This document shows, one piece after another, positions 34,877-46,844 of a stretch of 64,000 bases of DNA. The translations under genes and the position numbers were made by a program. The DNA is from Zancudomyces culisetae HAW-14-8. Lineage: Eukaryota; Fungi; Kickxellomycota. Each line of letters begins with the position of its first letter. Within the stretch, counting starts at the first letter, position 1. The stretch covers positions 496,001 to 560,000 of the forward strand of contig JBNJNM010000009.1 of NCBI GenBank assembly GCA_052426225.1, given 5' to 3'. Under the pieces are notes generated by a model. The model saw only the letters and a list, made by a program, of their open reading frames with translations. It did no database searches and was not told the origin of the DNA.

Positions 34877-37800
34877 TGTTGTTAGGAATGGCCAATCCTG
34901 GAACATAATTTTTAGTTACATTATGGCCTACTAAAAATCTAACCTATTTTATTATTTCATTTCCGGTTTTCTAATATGCCATTCCGACATTGGAATCATG
35001 TTTGCAAAATTCACCATGAATTTTCTGATTTATTATTGGGAAAATTACTAAGCAAAATCAAGAAATTTTCCAATAATTAAATTTAACAAAAATCCTTGAA
35101 AAAATTCGATAAACCAAATCCATGATAAAATTGATAAATAAAATCAACGCTAAAATTGATAAATAAAATCAACGCTAAAATTGATAAATAAAATCAACGC
35201 TAAAATCGATAAACAAAAACCATGATAAAATCGATAAACAAAAACCATGATAAAATCGATAAACAAAAACCATGATAAAATCGATAAACAAAATCATTGT
35301 TAAAATTGATATACTAAATCAATGTTAAAATTGATAAACCATATTTAAGTTAAAATCAACAAATGAAAATTACAAGTTTCACGATAAGGAGATACCTTAA
35401 ACTAGTTCACTTTTACATAGACAAATTTTATAGCTAAGATTTATTGACTTTAAGTTTTTCTTCACAGTAAAATTCTATGATGAAAAATTATATAAACCCT
35501 TCGAAATTCCGTTGGGATACATCAGAGAAAAATATATATTTATCAACACATCTAATATTATATTTTTCTAAATACTTACTTCTCCCTAAATAAATATTAA
35601 TCAAGCATAACAAATCTCTACTCCAAGTTATAAGCAGCTCATTGTTTATAACAATTGTCGCAAGAATGCTGCCATTATCTATTCTTACTCAAACATACGT
35701 GTGGTTTTTTAAATTATGCCTAGTCTAATAAATGTATATTTTAACTATTATATTTAATAATTCATATGTTTTATATCTTATTCTTTACAGATATATTTTT
35801 ATCCAAATAAAGTCTAAACTTAATCCTAAAACTGTAAATTATATTTATACCTAGATAAAGTATAGCTTTAAAACTGTATAATAACGTATAAAAACCACTA
35901 AGGAATAAAAACTAATATATTGTACAACATTCTAAACATTGGTTGTCTCGCACGATACAACTGTTGTATGCAAAAGCTCAACTTAAATTTACCGCTTTCA
36001 TTGCAGCAAAATAGCAGAGAAATTAATTTTGAAACATTGTTTCCTCGCAATTCAATTTAGAGTACAAAAATTATGACCATGTCATAAATTTTTGTCAACT
36101 TTACAGCCATTTTAATTGTACAAATCGATTTATTTTTTAGTCGAATCGATTTTATAATTTATTAGTGGATATATTTTTAATCAATTTTATTAGTAAATTA
36201 TTAGTATAAATTGAAATATTTGTAAATCCGACCATAACCACACTAAAAGTAAAAATAAAAATATATAAAGCGGAGAAATACTATTTTTTTAGTGTAAAGA
36301 ATGGGCCATTTTGTCTATATTATCCAGGTTTTGGGAGGAATTCTTTTAAATAAAATTATTTTTACCAAAAATTGTGGTAATTGTCCAGAAGTGTTCTTTC
36401 CGAATGGGTTTTAACGATAGTGGTTAACTGGCTAGAAATAGTAAATCCAGTATCAGTAATAACCACCCTTCTAGATACCCGTGATTGATATTAGAGGAAG
36501 TTTTTTGAAAAAATCCTATTGGACTATACTAAAAAATGAAAACGAATTTTACAACACGTGTCGTATAATTTTTATACTTTATAAAAATAGTGTATGGAAA
36601 TTGAAAAAATTCATGGAAATACGTAATCAAAATTATTTTAAAATTTGGAATCTTTTTAATTTGGCTATTTTAGTAAGGATTTTTTATAGTGAAAAAAGAT
36701 TGTATGTTTAGGTTCTTATCATATCAGTTTACAAATTAATAAAAACATACTAAGAGTTTGCTGTATTTAACTATTAGTAGATATTTTTAAGATCGTTATA
36801 ACGAATTAAGTGAGCCCAGTAATCGAAGCTACAAGTAGATTCTACGCCACTTATATCCATATAAATCAATATAACTATAAATATACGGATATTCTATATA
36901 TAATATAAATTCGTTAATACACGTGTTATATAGCGACGCATATCACCTTTAGTCACTATATAATCTAACTTCTAATAATATTGGTTTTATTATATTAATT
37001 TCATAAAACTTTTTGTAGATTATAATATTTGATCTGTATAGTACATTATTAGTTTATTCATAAACTCTAGGTGCATGCAGAGTTTTTTTCATTTTAGGAT
37101 TATTTATAGGCATGAACAAATATATAAAAAATAGTTATTGGTTTATTAGTAGTTTAGGTATATTAATACGTAAATTATAGTATATTCTAATATTACAAAT
37201 ACTACATATTTTTATATTGTAGTAGCGTTATCAAATAAATCACATATATTTGTCTGGTCTATTATCTAAAGTCATTAATATATATAATGAAAACTAGATT
37301 AAAAATATTTCCTAATATATATTAGTTAACAAAATAAGTATATAATATAGCATTTAAAAACATAAATCGCTAAATCACGTGTTATCTAGTGGCTAGAGCT
37401 ACCTATAGTCATTTTCTAATTTTAACTTACCAATTATATATATACTATTATATTAATATTTAGGTTTATCATATAATATAAGATATTATGTGTTGCCTAG
37501 TATTTTTATCCTTCGGATTTTTTCTACAGCAACACTCTAGTTCAATTTATTATATACATTATAGGATTTTTTTATTAATTAGTATAAAATGATTTCAGAA
37601 TATTGTAATTGTCATCTTTAAAATGTATAAATATGGCTAGATATTCATTTAGTATATCATTACCAAATAAATATAGTTTATTTAAGTTTGGTCTATTTAA
37701 TTTAGCTAATTACTATAGTGAAAACAATTTTAAACATAGTACTATGTATAGTATTTCAATCAAAATAAATATATAATAAACAATATTGTGATGTAAACCT

Positions 37801-38723
37801 GTGTTTCGCTAACACACTTGTTATATAGTAGAAATATATCCTGTATTACCTTGTATTTTATTGGTTAATTTAAATGATATTATTTTATGCATTAAATAGT
37901 CTAGTTTTGATTTAATTAATAAATTGTCTTTTTCTCCGAAAATAATTATAGACCTAATATATAATAATAAAAGTCCCGTCCTGTAAAAACTGGGTTATTA
38001 TATTACTCAGTAGGAAGTTAAACATGTAATTATACAACACACATGTTATATAGTGGCGTAGATCACCTCTAACCACAATATAATCGGCACTCCAATTAGG
38101 TTAGTTTATTTATAATATTTAGATTATTAATATTGTAGGTCTTAATATATGATCTGCTAAGGTTTATAATTAGTTTATTTAACATTACAAGGTTCTAGTT
38201 TAGTTTTTTTGATCTTCGGGTTTTTTCTAGATTAGAATTAATAATAAAAAAATAGGTTTTAATTATTATATAGTTTTATAGTAGTTTATTAAGTATTAGT
38301 TAGTTTTTAGGTTATAAATACTTGAAGTGTTTCAGTAAGTCGAATGATATCAATAAATTCCGTTTTGATCTATTTACTAGAAGTCTATAACTTATATATA
38401 TTTTAAACTTGAACAAATATAGTAAAATACATATTTAGTTATCAAAGTAAATAACAGTTTTTAATTAAGCGAGGATAAAAAACCAACTCGCTAACACATA
38501 ATGTTATATAGTAGAAATATATACCTGTATTTCCTTGTATTTTATTGGTTAATTTAAATAGCATTATTTTATGCATTAAATAGTCTAGTTTTGAATTAAT
38601 TAATAAATTGTCTTTTTCTCCCACAATAATTATAGTACTATTATATAATAATAAAAGTCCCGTCCTGTATAATACTGGGTAATTATATTACTCAGTAGGA
38701 CCTTAAACATGTATTATACAACA
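34877..38723. repeat. Stack of eight solo-LTR-like modules upstream of tRNA-Pro
   Basis: Modules start at 34877, 35656, 35962, 36559, 36924, 37380, 37819, 38044 and 38502 (family A occurs twice); spacers caat/caac/cacg/cacg/cacg/cact/caca/cataa. Confidence 0.85.
35101..35340 (+). repeat. 25-bp tandem repeat inside the module starting at 34877
   Basis: aaaattgataaataaaatcaacgct / aaaatcgataaacaaaaaccatgat units, about 9 copies. Confidence 0.9.
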
Positions 38724-38731
38724 ATAACAAC

Positions 38732-38803
38732 GGCTTGATGGTCTAGTGGTATGATTCTCGCTTTGGGTGCGAGAGGCCCCGGGTTCAATCCCCGGTCAAG
38801 CCC
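38732..38803 (+). tRNA. tRNA-Pro(UGG)
   Basis: ggcttga...ctcgcttTGGgtgcgag...ggttcaatccc...tcaagcc-c. Confidence 0.96.
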
Positions 38804-38805
38804 AT

Positions 38806-38877
38806 GGAGTGATAGCTCAGCGGCAGAGCATTCGATTGCAGATCGAATGGCCCCGGGTTCAATTCCCGGTCGCTCCT
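38806..38877 (+). tRNA. tRNA-Cys(GCA)
   Basis: ggagtga...ttcgattGCAgatcgaa...ggttcaattcc...tcgctcc-t, followed by a T run. Confidence 0.95.
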
Positions 38878-39939
38878 TTTGCAAATGTAATGCAACTCTT
38901 TATAATTTATACCCATATATATATTTTTTATGCATTGTTATTTTTTATTAATATTTTTGATAATATTTAACCATTCTCTTTATAAATACATTATTATGTC
39001 AGTCAAAATCTGATATGCAAGATCTAGTCTTGGAAAAATTAATTTTTAAAATACTGGAATCAAATTAAATATACTATACAAACTAAACTCGTTGTAAAAC
39101 TTATCTTTCCATCATAAAATATGTATAATGATTATTCTGCTATATGGGACGATATTGTTATATTCAACAAAATTCTAACATTAATCTAATAATATTTTTA
39201 ACATTATATATATTAATGTGGAGGTTGGAAAATGTTATTGTTTTAATCGATAAATTAAATGATACATGTCATGTGGAGATATATGTTGCATATAATTTAT
39301 AACCACAAACAGGTAATATATTGTCATTAATACTACATTGTAATTCTATAAGGTAAAATCTATTTTAAACTAGTTCGAATAACAGTAGAATCAGCTAATT
39401 TATAAACTAGCCTCATATGTAATATCATGTTTGATTCTCCTCGCACAGTTATCGGGTTTATTTTATTATTTAACTATTAACAAATTTGTACTATTGTTCT
39501 ATTAAAATTTATCAAAATTTAAAATATATATTATTACAAAATTATATATAGATATAATTATAATAATTTAATTTCTTTAATCTAGTTACAATATACTCAA
39601 TACTGTTTCAATGTATAATAAAAAATGTTCCAATGAAATTTATTCCTCCAATAATATACATTGTAACTAAATTTATACATATGAATTATATAATAAAGGC
39701 CCAATTACATAAAATTAGTAATTTTAATTGGTTTATATAACATCAAGAAATTTATATTATAAAAATTAAAACATTGTAACAGTTTTAAGACTTTTTCTAA
39801 ACATAAATAAAAATTCTATTAATATAGGAATAATAATAAATTCATTTAAACTTGTAACACATATTGTACAACATTATATAAATTAAATCCTAAACTCCAT
39901 ATATGTAAAAGTTATCTAGCCAGAAAAATAGTAAAATCC

Positions 39940-41135
39940 AAAATGCTCTATTTGAAGAACAAAGTTATAGCCAGATCTCAAAATCATGTTGAGTCAGCAA
40001 GTCAACAATATAAAGAATCTAGCTAATATTCAGAAAAAAAACTCATCTAACTCAGGAGGTCGTCCAACAAAGCTTTCACCCCAAAGCAAGCATATGTACT
40101 TGAAAATATTATCTGGAGAGTAACGATCTGCTACTTCAATACAATGGAAGTTAGAAATCGATATATTGTTAGTGCTAGTAAGTCTACAATACATAGGGCA
40201 TTAAATGATTTATAAGCCGTTGCAAATAAAAAAACCTCCAAACCGAAACTGAGCCTTAAAAATATTGTACAAAGGTTGAGATTCGCAAAATCTCATCGCC
40301 ACTGGACTACTAATGATTGGAGACTAGTATTTTGGTCCGACGAAACTAAAATCAACCGATTTGGATCTGATGGAAATGTATGGACTTGGGTTCGTGATGG
40401 TGTGAGTCTACAGCCGCACAATATTAACCAGACCGTAAAACACGGTGGTGGATCATTAATGATTTGGGGATGCATCACAGCATTTGGAACTGGCTACATG
40501 TGCCGAATAGAAGGAATGTGAAACAAGGAAGATTATTTAAACATTTTAAAAGACGAGCTTAGCAATACAATAAAGTACTACAAGTTGGATCCCAAGTCAA
40601 TAATATTTCAACATGTTTATGATCCTAAACATACCGCAAAGTTAGTTACATACTGGCTTGAAAACCAGAAATATAATACATTGGACTGGCCACCACAATC
40701 TCCAGACTTAAACCCAATCGAAACTATATGGGCAATCACCGTAAGACGCCTAAATAGGTACAGTAAACCTCCGTTCGGGATGATCGAATTATGGGAGCGA
40801 ATAGAAACGGAATGGCATCGAATTATAGTGGAATTAATACTTGGACTTATAGATAGATTGCCCAAAAGAGTTGAGGCAGTTATCAAGTCTAAAGGAAGGT
40901 GGACAGAATTTTAAAGTTTTTTTTTGAAAATTTCCCAAAATTGTCTTATTATTATATTATATTCAATATAAAATTTCTTAATGAATTATTTACCAATATT
41001 TTTATATATTAAACAAATTATAGATAGTATAGTGTGCATAGTTTAATAATAAAGTGAATGATTTCAGGATAGTATTGAAATTGATAATTCGCTATGATAT
41101 TAATTTTCAATATTTAAAGAATTTTTGAATTCACA
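39940..41135 (+). mobile_element. Degenerate Tc1-like copy, same family as 17342-18903
   Basis: 40240-40914 is near-identical to the transposase core at 18010-18681; ends are decayed and boundaries approximate. Confidence 0.85.
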
Positions 41136-41317
41136 TTATTAGGTCAAATAATATACAATATATAATTAAAATGTTATAAAAGCTATTGAATCAAAAATCA
41201 AGATGTTATTTATAAATTATGTATTTATTGCGATCTATTAGTAAATTATATAATCTATCAGTTATAAAAAGTATATATATAAAAGCTTTTAGTAAACATT
41301 ACATACTAAAAATACAA

Positions 41318-41388
41318 TGCGTAGACCGGGAATCGAACCCGGGTCTGCCGCGTGGCAGGCGGCAATTATACCACTAAACCATCTACGC
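41318..41388 (-). tRNA. tRNA-Gly(GCC)
   Basis: Reverse complement gcgtaga...gccgcctGCCacgcggc...ggttcgattcc...tctacgc-a. Confidence 0.96.
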
Positions 41389-41390
41389 AA

Positions 41391-41472
41391 CGTCAGCGAC
41401 AGGATTTGAACCTGTGCGGGCATAGCCCAATAGATTTCAAGTCTATCTCCTTAACCGCTCGGACACACTGAC
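41391..41472 (-). tRNA. tRNA-Ser(UGA)
   Basis: Reverse complement gtcagtg...atagactTGAaatctat, long variable arm gggctatgccc, ...cgctgac-g. Confidence 0.95.
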
Positions 41473-41478
41473 TTGAAT

Positions 41479-44400
41479 TCTTAGCTAATTCCAGGTTCTA
41501 GTTCCATATTGTGTAAAAAATATATTTATTTGATAGAAAAACTATACTATGTACTAATGTTGTTAAGTTTTCACTATATTAACTATAACTTTAATAAATA
41601 GACCAAACTTGTATTTTACGTGTTTATTTGATGATGTTTAAACTATCTGAATAACTATCATATTTATACTTTTTTAAAACAACTATTAAACTTAAAACCT
41701 AAATATATTTTAAACTTAAAACTATACTAATTATTAATAATAATCTAGGATGTTGCTGTAGAAAAAATCCAGAAGGCTAAAAAAAACTAGGCAACACATA
41801 ATATACTAAATAACCTATAATAAATATTAACTTATATTAATTGATAAACCTAAATATTAATATATAGAAATAAATATGTAATTGGTAAGTTAAAATTATA
41901 TAATGACTAGAGGTAGCTCTAGCCACTATATAACAGAACCTCCTCCCTTAAGCGTGGATGCCCTCATCCCGTTCTCTATTTTTAAACCTTTTTAGTTTTG
42001 ATTTAAGCGTAGTTGTTACTTCGGGTATCATGTTCTTATTTGTGAAGTACATTTTTAACATGTCACCGTTTACTATTTCTCGGTTACCTTGATGATCGTT
42101 AATAATATAAGCTCCTTTTGAGAATACTCTTTGAACCGTATAGGGGCCTTCCCAATAACTTTCGAATTTGCTTCTTTCCATTTCGACTCGCTTCAATACT
42201 GTATCTCCAATTCGAAATTTAATGTCTAACATCTTCGTTGTATCGTTTTTCCATAATATTATTCGCTTTTATCGAATTTCGTAATGCAAGATTTCTTAAC
42301 TCAGGCAAATCTATTTTAAAGCTATTAATTCTACTACTAATATTTTCTTCTACATCTTCAATCTCACCGTTATAAGTCCAAGTAGAAGGTAAACAAATAT
42401 TTACTCCATATAACAACTCAGAAGGCGTATAACCTGTCGATTTATTTTTTAATGACCTTACCACTAACAATGTTTTCCAAATATAAGAATCCCAATTTGC
42501 TTTATCGTATTTGCATTGTTTAATAAGTATATTAATTAAAGTTCTGTTATATCGTACTACCTGGCCGTTACTTTGTGGCCTATAAGAAGTTGTAGGTCTA
42601 TGGTTTAATCCCAACCACTCGAAAACATTTGTTGTACTATCTGAAACAAAACTTGAACCGCGGTCGCTTATTATTTGTTGTGGAACGCCATAATTTGCAA
42701 CAATTTCGTTAACTATAAAATTTATTATTGTTTCACTCAATAAATTTGTAACAGGCACGGCGATTGGCCATTTTGTAAAATAGTCAACGGCTGTTAAAAT
42801 GTAGCGATTTCCATTTCCCGATATTGGTGAAATCGGTCCAATTGCATCAATACCAAAAATTTCAAATGGTTTTGAAGTAATAATAGGCACCAGATAATTT
42901 TTCTTTGTTTTGCCGTCTTTATGAATTTGACAAATGTGACATGATTTGACAATCCCTAAAACATCCTTATACAAATTTTTTCCTGTATATTTACTGGTTA
43001 CCCTACGCCACGTATTTTCAATACCTTCATGTCCCTCGTTGTGTATATTAGTTATAATTTCTTTAAAATTCCTTTCGTGCAAAACCTCTTTAAATATCTT
43101 ATTTACCTTTTTAAATAACTTCCCATCTTTTAAATAATATCGACGTGCTCTATTGCGAATTTTTTCTCTCATTTTGTCATTACCACCAGTAGGATATTGC
43201 ATAGATGTAAGATATTGTACTGTATCCACATATTCTAATATATCCATAGAATAAATATCCAATTCAATATTTGCTTTAGGATGATCTTCATTTAATATAT
43301 TTCGAGACAAGGCATCAGCAGGATTGTGTTTACCGGGTAAGTGTTCAATATAGTAGTCATAGCTTCTAAGTATCATTGCCCAACGGGCAATTCTACCTGT
43401 AAGCTCGGATCCATTGAATATTTGTAACAAAGATTTATGATCAGTGCGTATTTTAAATCGTCCCCATAGATAATATTTAAACTTTTTAACACTCCAAATA
43501 ACTGCTAACGCTTCTAGATGACATATAGAATAGTTTTGTTCTGCTTTGTTGGTAGTACGACTAGCAAATTCAATAACTCTCTCTTCACCGTTAACAACTT
43601 GTGAAAGTACAGCGCCTACTCCAGTCACTGAGGCGTCTGTAGTTAGCACAAATTCTTCAGTCCAAATAGGGAATCCTAGTATCGGAGCAGTTATCAATTT
43701 TTATTTTAATATATTTATTGCATCGTCATGAATCGATTCCCAACACCATTTGGTCTCCTTGCGTAAGAGTTTATTTAAAGGTGATGTAATTTTTGAATAT
43801 CCTTCAATGTACCTTCTATAATATCCTGTTAATCCTAATATAGATTGTAATTCTTTGACACAAGTTGGCGGCTGTATCTTTTTTATTGTCTCAATCTTTG
43901 AAGGGCTAGTACCGACTCCTTTTTCAGAAATAGTGTGTCCAAGATACTCTAACTCTCTTTGACCTATTACGCATTTTTGTTTATGTAACTGTATCCCATT
44001 TGTTCTTAACAATAAAAATACTTCTCTTAAATCAGTTATGTGCTGTTTGATATCTTTTGAATAAATTATAATGTCGTCCACGAACACCACTGCCTTTTTC
44101 CATAAAACATCCTTTAAAACAATCTCCGTTGCTCGTTGAAATGTAGCAGGACTATTTATAAGCCCAAAAGGCATTACATTATATTGATAGCTACCTCCGC
44201 CTGGAATTGAAAAGGCAGTTTTGCATTTGTCGTTTTCATACATTTTAATTTACCAGAAGCCACTGAGGGCATCAAGCGAAGTAAACACAGTTGATCCAGA
44301 TAAAGACATAAACAGATCGTCAATTAAGGGTAAGGGATAGGAATCTTTTTTGGTTACAGCGTTCAGTTTACGATAGTCGGCACAGATCCTTAACTGGCCG

Positions 44401-46844
44401 TTTTTCTTGTGCACGACGACTACCGGAGCACACCACTCTGAAATGCAAGGTGAAATAACTCCCCTCTTCTCCATCTCTTTTAACTCTTGCCTAACGGCTT
44501 CTTGAGTTTTCTGCGGCATTCGATATGGCCGTAACTTTATTGGTTTTTCTTCAATTAAATCAATCTTGTGTTCCATAACATTTGTTTGAGTTAATTGAGA
44601 AATATCATCCACAAAAATGTCAGCGAATTCTTCCATAACTTTTTTGAACACCATAGTTTCATTATAATTTTTACCAACTGTTTCTTCTTTACACAATAAA
44701 TATATCTCTTGTTCTTCTCTTAACACACTTTTATTTGTGAACATTGCTAACTTAGTTGTAATTTCCGCATTTTCAATAGGTAAACGAAGTTCTGGGATAC
44801 GCAGGTTAAGCGAAACTCTATGTTCCAGCAACCAGTCTGTGCCTAGAATCAAGATATCTTCCTTACGCTCCATAACCCACAGGTTTACTGGAAATACAAA
44901 AGATGATATTTTTAATGGTATGTCAGTCACCTTACCCAACGTGGTATGACGTTTTCCGTCTGCAGTAACTATAGTTTGTTTATTATATGTATCTAGTTCT
45001 AGGTCCCATTCCTCTATTAAACTTGAGGAAACCACAGAACATGCTGCGCCAGTATCCACAACTGCCCAGAGGTTCTGCCCAAACACCTTAACTAGTGCTT
45101 TACAGTTTGATAACCTTTTTTCTTCAACATCTAGTTCGTTAACCTCAGGTAATTTTTGTTTATTAATATACTCGATTAATTCTTTAGACATTGTAGTCGA
45201 ACAGTCCAAAAGCTGCAATACATTCACCTTAAGAGACATCTTCTCTAGCTCCTCGATCAGCGAAAATGGTTTAGCGTACTCTTTTACCGTTCTACCAACC
45301 GTTGCCTGAATATTTTCTGCCCCTAAACTACCTTGTTGATTTTCAACCCTGGTATTGCGAACTTGTGCTTGTTCTTGTAATCGAGGTCTTCCAACTCTTC
45401 TAGGTGCATCGTTATCCTGTTCAGTGGTGGATTTACGCTTTTCGACGGAAAATATATCTTGTTGAATTGGTTCTACATCATCTGAAATTTGAATATAGTT
45501 AATTGTCTTAGCCACATCTTCAGGTTGAACGTATGGTTTAGGTTTTTTGACTAACTGGGGACAATCATTTCTTGTATGCCCCTCCTGTTGACAGTTATAA
45601 CATATCAATTTTCTTGGTCCGAAACTACGTTGTTTGATTATTTCTGCTTCTTTTAACTTTTTGTCTACAACCTCCTCGACTTTATTTAACAAATTCACAC
45701 TCATCTCATCAAACTTCTTCAAAAATTGACCATAAGGTTTCTGGTCCTTTACTAAGTCTTTAACGTTTTTTCCAGACTTGCTCGCTGCATTGCGATTGTA
45801 TTCCTTTTGCTTAGGATCCACTTCTGATAGCTTGCTTCTCCTTTGGTTTGTGCGCAACGATTGTTCCTCTGTTATCACCCTTGTTATTACTTTATCCCAC
45901 TCACTCAGTTGCTCTTCCTCTACAATCTTCTTGTGCTCTGGTTTAAGTGTACTAATAAGCCAGTCAGTACGGATCTTCTCATCCGATATCTCGGCACTTT
46001 GAAACAAAGCTACTAATTCAAGTTCGAATTCTTTAATAGTATCGAAATCAATTTGTTTAATTGAACGGAGGCGTTCCCAGATTTGCGATTTTGGTTTTAC
46101 TTGTTTAAATTTCTTCTTAAATAATGTAGCAAAACTTTCCCAACTTGTAAAAGATGATTTATTCTTTTTATACCACATCTTTTCGTTGTTGCCCAAGTAT
46201 AGCTTGACCAGATCGGTATAGTCCTCTGAATCCCATTTATTTAACTTAGCCATAAGGCAGAACTCTTCCAACCACTCATCTGGCTCTAAACCATTACTTG
46301 CAACAAATACAGTAGGAGTATTCATTTTGTACATTAATTCAGTTACTAAAATATCAGGATACTTCCGATATCCTGTCGCTGACGCCACTGTTAGCGAATT
46401 CCAGGTTCCAGTTCGCTATTGTGTAAAAAATATATTTATTTGATAGAAAAACTATACTATGTACTAATGTTGTTAAGTTTTCACTATATTAACTATAACT
46501 TTAATAAATAGACCAAACTTGTATTTTACGTGTTTATTTGATGATGTTTAAACTATCTGAATAACTATCATATTTATACTTTTTTAAAACAACTATTAAA
46601 CTTAAAACCTAAATATATTTTAAACTTAAAACTATACTAATTATTAATAATAATCTAGGATGTTGCTGTAGAAAAAATCCAGAAGGCTAAAAAAAACTAG
46701 GCAAATATAATATACTAAATAACCTATAATAAATATTAACTTATATTAATTGATAAACCTAAATATTAATATATAGAAATAAATATGTAATTGGTAAGTT
46801 AAAATTATATAATGACTAGAGGTAGCTCTAGCCACTATATAACA
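41479..46844 (-). mobile_element. Ty3/gypsy LTR retrotransposon of the tRNA-targeting group, 6 bp upstream of tRNA-Ser
   Basis: LTRs 41479-41935 and 46389-46844; TSD gaat; 18-nt tRNA-Ser PBS at 46370-46387; PPT aagggaggagg. Confidence 0.95.
41948..46334 (-). pseudogene. Single-ORF gag-pol with stops at 44250 and 43701 and a frameshift near 42225
   Basis: CYNCQQEGHTRNDC, VVDTGA, FVDD, TDAS, integrase and GPY. Confidence 0.92.

Noticed and set aside
38657-38712. Hatchet or pistol ribozyme, from resemblance to GACGTTAAA(C)CATG
   Set aside because: Only a short motif matches; the required stems and pseudoknot were not found.
38751-38970. Short ORFs over the Pro-Cys locus
   Set aside because: They are translations of tRNA sequence.
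38900-39930. Host gene or ncRNA downstream of tRNA-Cys
   Set aside because: No ORF, splice pattern or RNA motif I can support.
22432-44252. RIP-like CpA-to-TpA mutation suggested by several probable CAA-to-TAA stops
   Set aside because: Too few events, and near-identical repeats are not hypermutated; ordinary AT-biased mutation suffices.
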